From NCBI GenBank assembly GCA_012295275.1, contig CM022666.1, forward strand, positions 9,362,001-9,426,000: DNA of 64,000 nt. Reading direction: 5' to 3'. Made by a program: the position numbers and the translations under genes. The DNA comes from Chrysomallon squamiferum (taxonomy: Eukaryota > Animalia > Mollusca). The notes beneath the pieces are model-generated. The model was not told the DNA's origin. It made no database searches and saw nothing but the letters and a program-made list of their open reading frames with translations. Below, one piece after another: positions 42,046 through 55,462 of this stretch (its first letter is position 1; every line of letters begins with the position of its first letter).

Positions 42046-43430
42046 ATATCTATCTGTCTGTCTGTCTGTCTCTCTCTATATATATATATACATACAGGAC
42101 AGATATGTATGTGGTAGTATTGCTATTTCAGGAGAAAAAAAAATAACATCTCAAACTTTCAATATTTAGAAAGATAAATTCCTCAAACTAAGAATGAGAT
42201 TGTCACTTTTATATGTTTTTGTGGCCACTTCAAACATATGTTAATGATGCCCACTCATTTATAGTTTGCTTTTAACTTTATTGCTAAAGAAAGCTGGTTA
42301 TAAAACTCGACAGCTGTATTCAAGTCTTCCCAGGAATGTAATTTTAATAAAGTTTGGCAATCGATGAATGAAGCGTTAGACTGGAAAGATGATTGTTTTA
42401 ACTACTTTATTTTCTTCAAGTCAAGTCACACACACACACAGACACAGATACACACGCATCTACATACATGCATATATATGTGTGTGTGTGTATCAAATGA
42501 AGTATTGTAATTATTTATTATTATTTTTGACATTGTTATTATTATTATTGCTACTGCTACTGTTTTCATTATTACTGTTATTGTTTTAGGATGTAATTTT
42601 AGGCTGTATTTTAGGCTGTATTTTAGGCTTTACTAATGTAAGTTAGTTAGATTAGTATTAACATGTTAGTAAATTATATTTCAAATAAATAACATTATTG
42701 ACCCCAAACAACAACAACAGCAGCATCAATAACAACAGCAAAAACAAATAACTTATTCAAATGTAAAGATAAATAAATAAAGAAAGAAAGAAAAAGAAAA
42801 CTTTATTTTCACATACAAATAAAGACATAAAGAAATTATTAATAAAATAAAATAAAATAGAAACTTTTTCGAATAGTAAAAAGAAAATTGTTTCCTTGAA
42901 TGGTTATTTCATTCATTATTTGTAATCGAGGGCCCTCGGCGAAGTGGGTGTAGCCAAAAGGGAAAACGCCCTTGTGGTCCACTAAAAGAGATATTAACCT
43001 ATCAGAGAAAGTAGAGTAAAGAAACCGCACCTGTTTGATTACGTCATTGACAATAAGAACTACGTCACAGTAAAGGCACGCCCAGTATTAAAATATTTCT
43101 TGCCGTAATGTATTGTGATATATATAAAACTGTAACTTTTTAACAACAACAACAGCAAAAAGTTAATAAAATAAAATAAAATACATACAGTAGAACAACA
43201 ATATATGTATTATATATATATATGTGTGTGTGTGTGTGTCTAATATATATATGTCTGTCTGTCCGTTTGTATGTATGTATGTATGTATGTATGTATGTAT
43301 GTCTATATGTTGGTTCTCCATCTATGTTTATATTTGCGTCTATGTATTTATATATGTATTAGTATACGTATTTGTATGTATGTGTGTTTATGTGCGTGTA
43401 TGTATTTGTATGTGTTTATGTGTGTCTGTT

Positions 43431-43467
<37 letters not shown>

Positions 43468-44268
43468 CATACACAAAAGTATCAACATCACCAACAGTGT
43501 CTTAGTAAACGATGTAAAATATGTCACTGTTAAATCTGAATGTACACACGTTGAAGATTTAAGAATCACGATTTTTCTGCATTTTAACCCCGAATCCACG
43601 TGTTATTATACGTTTCTTTTGTGCATTCTTTAATAAATTAATTGTTTTCCTTGTTCCGCAAAAAAATGTCATTAGACTTTTATTTGTTATTTATGAAAAG
43701 GAGTAACAAGAAATATCATGAACAGAATGGGCGTCAAAAGATTAAAAAAAAAAAAAAAAAAAATCCCAATTCTCCTGTAAAATTAGTACAGAGCCGGGGG
43801 CGGTGTAAGTTTATGTTTATGTATGAGCGAAGAATGACACAGAAATCGCGAAACACACAAAGTAAGAGAAAAAACAGTCTGCAATGAGCCCAGTCATCAG
43901 GTAGATTTTTTCTTTCATTCTTTATTTGTGTACTTATTTTTGTATCTTGTTCTTTCTTTCTTTCTCTCTTTCTCTTTCTCTTTTTCTTGTGATTGTTTCC
44001 TTTGATTTCTTTCCTTTTTTTCATCTTCTTTCTTTGTTTCTTTCTTAAACTTCCTCTTTTCTTTTTAATTTTTTTTTTTCAAATTTCTTTTCGTTTTTTT
44101 ATTTTCTTTCATTCCTTTTTCAAAATCTTTTTTCTTTAACTTTGTTCTTTTTCCTTCTTTCTTTATCTTTTCTATATTTTTCTTGATTTCGTTTTTGCTT
44201 TTTAAAATTACAAAAAGTAACATATAAAATCTACCAGAACTTACTACTACTATGTAATAACTGATATC

Positions 44269-44502
<234 letters not shown>

Positions 44503-45631
44503 ATATTTGTTATTATTAAATCTACTTTGTTTTGTGTAAACGTTTTGTGTAAGTTTATTGTATCTGTGTATTTTGTATGTATGGTATATATTTATACTGC
44601 TTGTACGGCACATATATATATATATGTATGTGTGTTAGTAAATGTGTGAGTCAGTTATCTGTAGCTGTATATATTCTCGTGGTTAGTCAAGAGACAGAGT
44701 AATAAAAAAGTAATAAGTAATTGGTTGGTGTTACAAATCAGTTTAAATACTTATTACTATATCTAAGACATTTTGTTCCTCATGTTATCTTACAAGTTTT
44801 CTTTGACTGAATTCTTTGATGTTCAAAAACGTTTGTATGACAGACACAGTCGACTGAAACTGTTAGTACAGCTGCACTGACATTATTAACATAGACAGAA
44901 TGCTTAATATTATTATCCGTTTATCCGTCCGTCTGTTAAATCGTACAGTTCAGTCTTGTTTGTCTGTCACCTGTTGCCTTTAGTCCAATGTTTATTGTTC
45001 ACAATGCTTATAAAATACATTAAGAACGGAAGAGGAAAGAAATAATGCGATGTCGTGGTTATTATGTCGTGCGCTGCTCTGATTTTATTACATCTGTAAC
45101 AACGTCAACGCCCTCCGCTTCTCACACGACAACTGTGAAAAATGGAACACCCAGATAATAATACTGTGTTAATTATATGTGTGTAACTGACCGTACTTGT
45201 AGACATGAAATACATACTGCAAACGTAATTAATAATACAGTGTGAACATAATACAATAAATTGTAAACTTAATTAATAATATATTTTAAACACAATTAAT
45301 AGTTATATAGAATATATTATAAACATAATTAATAATACATTGTCGCAACACTATTAATAATATATGTGGAACACATAAGTACGCTTATATTGCACATATT
45401 ATTAATAATACATTGTAAACATAATTAAGGATATATTTTGAACATAATAATAGATTATAAACATAATTAAGAATATATTATAAACATAATTAATAACAGA
45501 TTGTAAACATAAGCATTAATAACACATTATAAACATTATTAGCATTATTACTATTATAATTGTTGTTATTATTAATATAATAATTTTCTGCATCTTCTCC
45601 TCTATCTTTCTTCTTCTTCTTCTTATTAAAG

Positions 45632-46359
45632 CTACTTTGTTTTGTGTAAGTTTATTGAATGCATGATATCTGTGTATTTTGTATGTATGGTATATATTTA
45701 TACTGCTTGTACGGCATATATATATATATGTATGTATGTATGTATGTATGGTATGTGTATAGGTCGTACGATTGCTTATATATATATATATATATATATA
45801 TATCGTATGCATGGTATGTGTATCTATTACATGAATAGTAGCTGTGTATACTGTATAAATGTATATGTATATGCACGTATTGGTATGTATACATATTCTG
45901 TGTATGATATATGTGTTTACTGCATGCATGGTATGTGTGTGTGTATGTGTGTGTGTATTGCTTGTATGCTATACATATATATTATATGTATGAAATTTGT
46001 GTACAAAACTAATGAACAGATAAAATAAAAAATTTTAAAATTAGTTTAATGTCTGAAGTTTACGAAATCAGTTGATGGACATTTCTGTATGGTAGCTTTT
46101 GGACGTTATCTTTATATAGGGTCTTCAGATTTTTTCAGTTGCAGTTAAGATCGATGAAATGGCTATAACTGTAGACATAATTTACCTAGGAAAATGTAAG
46201 TTGGTTTATTTTGTTCTGCTGTTGAATTTGTTATGCATTCAGTTTAAAAAAAAAAAAAAATTTTTGGGGGTATTTTTTATGTTTATTTATTTTGTTTATT
46301 TATTTATATATTTATTACTATTAATTATTATTATTGTTTTGTTATTATTATTATTGTTA

Positions 46360-46436
<77 letters not shown>

Positions 46437-49400
46437 TTTTTTTTTTTTTTTAAATTTTAAATAAAAACATTTTCAGGCCAATTTTCTTTCTATAATAGTA
46501 CATTAATATTCATGTCTGCATTGGTTTTATGGACATTATACATGAAAATCTGATGATCCAAAAATTACAGTATATAATAGTAAAAATGTTCACAGAAAAC
46601 AGACTTCAATCTTATGTATAAGTACCTAATATAAATATACTTTAATGTTATGTATAAACATCTAATATAAATAATGATTAGTGTATGTTTACTGTTATGA
46701 AAGTAATTTATAAAATCGTACTCATGGAATATAAGAAAATATGATGAATATAAATCTTTGTCCACGACAGAAAGGCTGCCATTAGAGACTGTAAACAGAA
46801 CACAGAGTATTTGTAGTCTGATTCAGTGTCTGGTCACATGGTAATGCAGCTATTTACAAATTGTTTATTTTACTTCGGGTCTGATGATTATTTAAAATTA
46901 ACTAATGCACAACAAATAATGTGTATTTAAACAAAATAAACAAACTGTATCATGAAGGTTATTGCATTTTTAATTGTAATAAATATTTAAAATTGTTATA
47001 TTGTATAATACATGCGGGTCATTAGCATGCAGAATAGATTAACAAAAAAAAAAAAAAATAAAAATAAAAAAAAAAAAATAAAATAAAATAAATAAATAAA
47101 TAAATAAATATCTAGGTATATGCTTTCATTCCGTGTTAAATGTATCTCGTAGTATCGGCTGTGGTGGCCCAGTTATTATTAACACTTTCACTTCTTAGTG
47201 TAAGCTAAAGTCTGTCATCCGAAATCTGTAACAAAATCTGATAATAAAAAAGGGTCAAACCTCGAGTAGTGACAAAAAATAATATCAACTGTAACAAACC
47301 ACTGGTTGAAGTCTTAAGCTACACTGAATTATAATGAAAGTGTTCTGCATTAATTTCTCTTAAAGAGATTCATCCAAATATTGAATGTTGAAAGTTTATT
47401 TAAGGGGTGGGTTGGGACTTAATTTGTAGAGACCAGTCATGATCAGTCATCAGTTGAACGAATTTCCATTTTAGCCAGTTCATAATCTATCAGCGCTGAA
47501 GAATTAGCTTTACTGCAGAATTCTCCGTTTTGTTAAACATAAGCCACAGAGCAGAAGCAGCATGTATCACCACAGTTTCATTAATTTAATAACAGTTTCA
47601 GTAGCACGTGATACCATGTAACAGTTAATTATGAAATGTAGCGAACTGACATTAAACAAATGTTTTTTAATAGTTTCACAGAAGTTGCAGATATTATGCT
47701 AATGAGATTATTAGAAAGGTCATTCGCATAATTTGTGATTAATGTGATTCTCAAATTTTAAAATTATTTTTGGACTAACAAGTTCCTTTTATGACATTTA
47801 TACAGTATTACATACAGCATATTCAGTAAAGTGAATGGCAAATGCATCACAAACATATTCACTTTTTAAAAAGTTATTTTCTGTGTGGTTAAACACGATT
47901 CTTTGCTGCACTGGTCTATTTTAATCCTGACATTTTGACCAAAATACCGTAACATTCTTTTATTGGTACTGTTTAGTCACAGTCATAAACTGATGTTTCT
48001 AGATGATCCTTCCTCACCAAGCCAACAGATCAACTTCATATTAGCTGCCATTTTACAACAGAAGACATAAAAACAAAACATACCACATAGTAAAATGTCC
48101 AGTAAATTTGATAATATTTTCATATTGATGTTCACAAATCGCTATGGCTAGAATGATTTTATATTACATTTTGTGTATGGTATATTTCTATATTGTATCT
48201 TTGATTTATTGTATGTTTATACTGTGTTTATACTGCAGGTATTTAAGTGTGATTATGTGTATGTATGGTGTGTATGTGTGTACTGTGTATGGTATATGTG
48301 TTTACTGTATGCGTGAGATGTGTGTTTCTTTTGTGATTTTAGAGGAATGATATGTTATATTGTCTGTACACTATGTTTTCAAATTGTATGTATGGTATTC
48401 GCATATATTGAATGCATGGTATGTGTATATATTATATGTATGACATGTACTTATATTGTACATTGTAGGTATGGTATGTTGTTGATATTGTATGTATGTA
48501 TACTGTATGTATGGTATGTGTGTATATGATATGTCTGTATTGATTTGTATGTGTGGTATATGTGTATATTAAATTCTGTCTCAAGAAATACAATAAAAGA
48601 AAAAGAAAAGTAATAAATAAACAAATAAATAAAAGAGAAAGTATCGAGACATTCTACGCTTGTTTGGTGTGAAGGTCACGACAGTGCGGTGTCTAACACA
48701 GTGTGATTCTCAGTGTGCGGCGACTGACTGGCAGGTGACAGCGAGGAATTCGGCACGTAAATTATAGAGATCACTTTGATCGTGGAACAAAGAACATTCA
48801 GTTTTCAGCGCTGAGGTTAGCAAATATTGTGCTGAAAGGAAATTCCGTGTTTCTAGAGTCACGTGTTGTGACTTTAAGTCATACACTGACCACACCCACT
48901 GACCTCTCTGTCACTACAGACCACTCCTTCGTCATTTAAGTTTAATGATTATTCTTCCGTTATACAAACTTTAATCAAAATGGCCTACGCAAAAAAACAT
49001 ACGATGTTTACGAGAATTATTAAATCGATTTTCTTAAAACAGTAACGAGAAAGGTCTTTAATCTTCCCGTGCAGACTACATTAATGAACAGATTATAAAG
49101 TAGTGTGCGTATCCAGGATGTTAGATTCTGTGGTGAGGAGCACGAACCAGTTCACACAGTCAGTTCCGATTTGTAACGGTAACCTGCCAGTTAGCTGCAC
49201 AACGCAGTCAACTGCTGAAAGGCAGACGACAGATGGCAACAACAAACTTGTTGATTAATTGGTCCAGTTTCCAGCAGATGATTCCAGTGGCTGCTGCCGC
49301 CATTGCGGGGTGTCCACACAGCATCGTTGTCCACTGCGTGTGATAACATTTACTCGATCAACCAAATCTCAGAGATGTATAAAGAAGATTAAGGAAAAAT

Positions 49401-50990
49401 ACAGTTTCTCCTGCCACAGACACACCCTCTGGCTATGTTAGACAGCGTGACTGTCGTAGACGTGCTTCACAACAGCTCGCTCTGATTAGCACGTCAAATT
49501 TCTCGCTCACTCAATACAGTTTCAGTATTAACCCACTTAGAATGATGAATAGTGAAATACAGTTAAACATCTTTATAAAGTCGACATTTATGTTCAGTCA
49601 TTTTGGTTATATAATAGGTTTTCTGAGATAATGAATTACTGCGTACAAAATTCAATACTGGCTGAGGAGTTTTTATTGTCTTAGAGAATAGCAGATGTTC
49701 CGAGTGACAGATCCCTTTGTTTAGATCATTCAACAAACTGGTTATAGTTAAAGAAAGAAATTAAATATATATATATATTCATATTCATATTTATATACAT
49801 GAAATATCTACATAGCCTGTATTCATGTCTTTCTATCTTATATGATATGTGTGTATACTGTACGTACGATATGTGTATACTGTATTGATAGCATGTGACT
49901 ATATTGTATCTATATGTGCTTATACTATATATATGTTTGTATATTGTATATTCAGCATACATCTATATTGTATGTACAATAAATGTCTGATATATATAGA
50001 TGATATGTGTTTATAAATATATATTTATCACTGATCTACTTACATGTCTGAATATTAGTAGCAGATCGAATGTTGTTTTGAACTCAAAATACGAACACAG
50101 AAGAAAGTTTAGGAGTATTTATTTATAAAGTTACGTACGATATTTATTTCCAGTGTTTATGTATGTTTTTTGTTTATAAAGTTATGTAACATTTTTATTT
50201 ATTAAGTTATTTAAAATTTTTATTTATCAAGTTATGTAAAATTTTTATTTATAAAGTTACATAAGATATTTATTAAAAAGGTTACATAAGATTTTTATTA
50301 TTAAGATTATGTAAAATTTGTATTTATAAAATTATGTAAGATTTCTATTTATAAAGTTATGTAAGATTTTTATTTATAAAATTATGTAAGATTTTTATTT
50401 ATAAAGTTATTGATGTATCTGCAATATTTGACTTCGAAGGGATGGAACTATTACAAGAAATAAAATGTTTTATTTTGAATTATATAACAGTTCTTGAACG
50501 GCCTTTCATGGTGATGAAGAGATGTGATATATATCTGTACAATAATATGTGTATACACTGTACGTATTATTTGTAGTTATATTGTATGCATGGTATGTGT
50601 ATACACTATATGTATGATCTGTGTATATATTGTATGTGTATTTACTGTGTGTATGATTTGTGAATACAGTATATGTATGGTATGTGTATATCTTGTTTGT
50701 ATGATATGTGTATACTGTAATGTATAGTATGTGCCTATACTCTATGTATGATATGTTTGAATATGATATGTGTAATATATGTATATTGTATATATGGTAT
50801 GTTTCTATATTGTATATATCTGTACCATACGTATAGTATGTTTATATTGTTTTTTTATATATGTGTGTATATTGTATGTTCGATATGTGTGTATATTTTA
50901 TATGTGTTGTGTTTCTATATTGTATCTATATGTGTTTATATTGTATGTATGATATGTGTGTATATTGTATGTATGTATCTACAACAATAA
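45632..50990. repeat. Dispersed low-complexity TATG/TGTA-rich repeat patches
   Basis: Related gtatgtatggtatatgtgtatattgt tracts at ~44522-44630, 45632-46000, 48150-48570, 49810-50020 and 50520-50985. These are the source of several spurious C/V/Y-rich ORFs. Confidence 0.7.
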
Positions 50991-51120
50991 AACATAAAAA
51001 CCAGATTAAAAGTTTTGCTGCTGTAAGTTAACAATTTCGACCGAACGCGATTAACTTAGTATATAATACTAAGTTTTTTCTGTATTAACAGGTATCGATT
51101 TAGGAGGTAGATAACAATAA

Positions 51121-51661
51121 CAGAAACTGCACATAGTGCAACGTTGCCTACAGAAACTGCACGTGCTGCAACGTTGCCTTCAGAAACTGCACATGCTGCA
51201 ACGTTGCCTTCAGAAACTGCACATGCTGCAACGTTGCCTTCAGAAACTGCACATAGTGCAACGTTGCCTACAGAAACTGCACATGCTGCAACGTTGCCTA
51301 CAGAAACTGCACATGCTGCAACGTTGCCTACAGAAACTGCACATGCTGCAACGTTGCCTTCAGAAACTGCACCTTGTGTAATGTTGCCTACAGAAACTGC
51401 ACATGCTGCAACGTTGCCTTCAGAAACTGCAACTGGTGCAACGTTGCCTACAGAAACTGCACATACTGCAACGTTGCCTTCAGAAACTGCAACTGGTGCA
51501 ACGTTGCCTACAGAAACTGCACATACTGCAACGTTGTCTTCGGAAACTGCACATGCTGCAACGTTGCCTACAGAAACTGCACATACTGCAACGTTGTCTT
51601 CGGAAACTGCACATGCTGCAACGTTGTCTACAGAAAGTGCACATGCTGCAACGTTGTCTAC
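51121..51661. repeat. 30-bp minisatellite, 18 copies, with palindromic core GCAACGTTGC
   Basis: Unit cagaaactgcacatgctgcaacgttgcct(a/t) in exact 30-bp register. Confidence 0.97.
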
Positions 51662-52956
51662 GGTGTCTTTTAACTGTTTCCATAGCAAAGGTTTTATCGC
51701 GCATTTCCGCGCATAGATTACGGATGTAAAAATTTCCAGTTAAAAACCATTTTCAACAGACATCAGAAGGCAAGTAATGACCTTTGAAATTAGCAGTAAT
51801 TTTTGTCTAGAAATCTTCGATCTGTTAATTAACTGGAAGCTATGCAGCAGATAATATATTCAAAGAAGAAGAATAAAAATAATGGATACGAGAATTATAA
51901 TCAGTATTTGCTGTAAGACATATAGTTAGTGATATCCTTTTTGAAGCAGTTACCGGAGATGATTTGCTGAAATATAAAACTTACTGAATATACATATATT
52001 TTGTGTATATATCTATACTGTAGGCATGTTATGTGTAAACACCGTACGTTTGTTATGTGTTTATACTCATACAGAAAATATACACATCATGAAAATTAGC
52101 TTGCATTAGCTTTATATGGTCTTAATGAAAAATTGTCCTGATGGTGGCTTATCTGTAAATTTTATTAGACATTCACATGAGGGTGTGTCGCCCGAAGTTC
52201 GGGTGATGGCGGGTAGGAGATAGAGATACGTTTGTGTAATTTTAAATGTAGACGATGGTTTCTCAGTATTTTCTGTGTGCAATAAACGGAGATGGCGATG
52301 AAACGGGGAACGCGTTAAAAGCAGCACGTGACTGCACAATGCATATTTAAATAGAGGAAATTATTGTTAAAAGTTATTTTGTAGGTGAAATCATTTTATT
52401 TTTATAAGCTATTCTCTATATTGAAGAATGATTTAATTTATCTTGTTCAAAATGTTTGTTAGAAAACGAATATTACCTGCTGGACAATACTAAGATTTTA
52501 TATTGTAATGTTCACATTACTGCTTTTTCTTTTTAGCTATATTGTGAATATATGCGAATATGTTTGATTATACTTGAATTTATTGTTTAAACTTTTAGGT
52601 ACAGAGTAGGCATGCAATAATTTATACATGTTTTTCTGTTAATACTATTGTTAGTGTTTTTATCTCTGTGCTGTCTGTCTATCTGTCTGTGTGTCTATAA
52701 CGTTGTTTGTGACTGAACTGAATGGTACATATGATCATGAGCAAAATAAATTAATATTTAAACTATAAATTAATGCTTTTTCATTTCTCTATTAACAAGG
52801 GGCGAATAAAAACCGAAACAACCGTGCATTAATTAACACCCGATACCACAACTGACATCAACAACAGCGGCTGCAGTAGTGACACCAGCCGAATCATCCA
52901 TACCAGGTCATCATCCTGCAGAAATAACAGCAACTGCAGCAGCAGCAACATAAAGG

Positions 52957-53483
52957 ATGGAGATCTTGAAGAGAGTCGCAGATATTCGCGTTATTTTTTT
53001 CTTTCTTATTTTCGTCAAACGTTATTTCTGTTTTGACGAGGTTGCGTCGGCGAAGTACAGCGCGTTCTGTCAACGTGGCGTCGTGTACGTGGGGCTGCCG
53101 TGGGACTGTAGCGGGTTTATTCAGTGTACACAGGCCTCAGGAGGGCGCTTCTTTGCAGTATGGATGCCGTGTCCTAACAACCTGCAGTACGACCACGACA
53201 GACAGGTCTGTGTATACGGAAAAGGAAGCTGTACTAATCTAGCAAGTAAGTGTCTGACTTTATTTTTAGTAAAGGTTGAACATCACTTACCTGAAATTTC
53301 AGAATCCAAAAATTTCCGAAATTGAAACTGCTTTATTGTTTGTTTTTCTTTTCTTTTAATTAATAAACTGATACCAGAAACACTGAAACCTTGGCAATTG
53401 TTCAGTGTACACAAGCTTTGTTTCCTATTCAACTGTATTTGATATTAACTGTTGAAAACTAACTTCACACTGTGTGTACAAAC

Positions 53484-53578
<95 letters not shown>

Positions 53579-53924
53579 GTGTGCGTGTGTGTGTGTGTGC
53601 AAAAAAAACAATGACATTTATCGGTTCGAGCTGTCTCATTATAATTATTCTGAAATGTAAAATATTCTGAAGTTTAAAAATCTTTCCACTGACTATTATT
53701 TTGAAGAAGGAATAGTCAACGTTTATTCTAGTACAGTATTTAGTACAAGTAGTCAGTATTATATACTACTGTCATAACCGTAATAATAATTATCATCATC
53801 ATTGTCATTATGGTAACATTACATTCATCATTGTTTCTTCTTTCTTAATACTCGTTTCTACAGACTGTAAGGATACAGAAAACCGAAAAGAAGTGATATA
53901 CATTCTGTGTGTGTGTGTGCAGTT

Positions 53925-53982
<58 letters not shown>

Positions 53983-54105
53983 TGCTCGAGAAAGAAGAGA
54001 GTAAGAGAGAGAGTGCGACACCTAATAAGGCGAGGGCAACGACCTTTGTAACAGCTATGTTTTACATCGTTATACACACGCATAAAAACAGTTATATCAG
54101 TCAAT

Positions 54106-54173
<68 letters not shown>

Positions 54174-54244
54174 TTTAACAGAAAGACAGAAAAAGAGAAC
54201 GATAGAGAGACAGTTTAACAGAAAGAAAGAAAAAGAGAACGAGA

Positions 54245-54339
<95 letters not shown>

Positions 54340-54462
54340 TGCTCGAGAAAGAAGAGAGTAAGAGAGAGAGTGCGACACCTAATAAGGCGAGGGCAACGAC
54401 CTTTGTAACAGCTATGTTTTACATCGTTATACACACGCATAAAAACAGTTATATCAGTCAAT

Positions 54463-54532
<70 letters not shown>

Positions 54533-54596
54533 TTTAACAGAAAGACAGAAAAAGAGAACGATAGAGAGACAGTTTAACAGAAAGAAAGAAAAAGAG

Positions 54597-54686
<90 letters not shown>

Positions 54687-55427
54687 CAGTACACGTATAT
54701 TCATGTTTGTCGTGTTTCTCTGTAACAAACCTTGACGTTTTTACGTCCTAAACAAAATATGTCCCATTTTTTTTTTTAAACCTGGCTGTGTAGAATATTT
54801 TTAATTTTTGTTGCCCTTGGCTACGAACATATGAAACTGAAATGTCGAGAACAACGATTTTTTTTTTTATATCACCATGTGACAAACCTTAATGAAATAT
54901 TTGCGGTTTTATTTTTGGTTAGAAATGGATAAATTGTAATTTTGTTGGAGGAAGTACGTTAAACTTTAATAAATATGGCTGTCAACATTGTCCAATCGCT
55001 GACGCCTTTACAGATCATTCATGGAAAGTTGTTGATATATTAGTGTAACTGATACATGTAATCACACAGGTGTCACTTTGAGTGACAAAAGAAGTGACAT
55101 GTTAATTTTAACACTTATGTTTCAGTTTTAACACTGTGAAGAAATGAGAAGTGAATCGACAGTTTCATTTTATTATTACTATAATGGATGCTGATTTTAT
55201 CATGGTTATTGCAGTTCCACCATCATCATTGTTGTCGTCTTTCTCTTTCTGTTATTTTTGTTATTTTTGACATTATTATTATTATTATTATTATTGTTGT
55301 TGTTATTATCATTAATATATTTACTGCTGGTGCAACTATTACTACTAGTACTACAACTACTACTACTACTATCACTACTACTATACCATTACTACTACTA
55401 CTACCACCACTATTACTACTGTGTTAT

Positions 55428-55462
<35 letters not shown>

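Noticed and set aside
44632-44734. Solo-LTR-like TG...CA segment with AATAAA
   Set aside because: Only ~100 bp, with no target-site duplication and no second copy in the window.
51056-51729. Antifreeze/mucin-like or Cys-rich repeat proteins (190-210 aa ORFs)
   Set aside because: Open frames on both strands are expected for a stop-poor 30-bp unit. There is no signal peptide, an in-frame TAG lies just upstream (51108-10), and no splice partner is evident.
53928-54684. Functional significance of the 357-bp duplication
   Set aside because: Apparently identical copies bounded by long GA runs are explained by slippage or an assembly artefact; no coding or structural signal.
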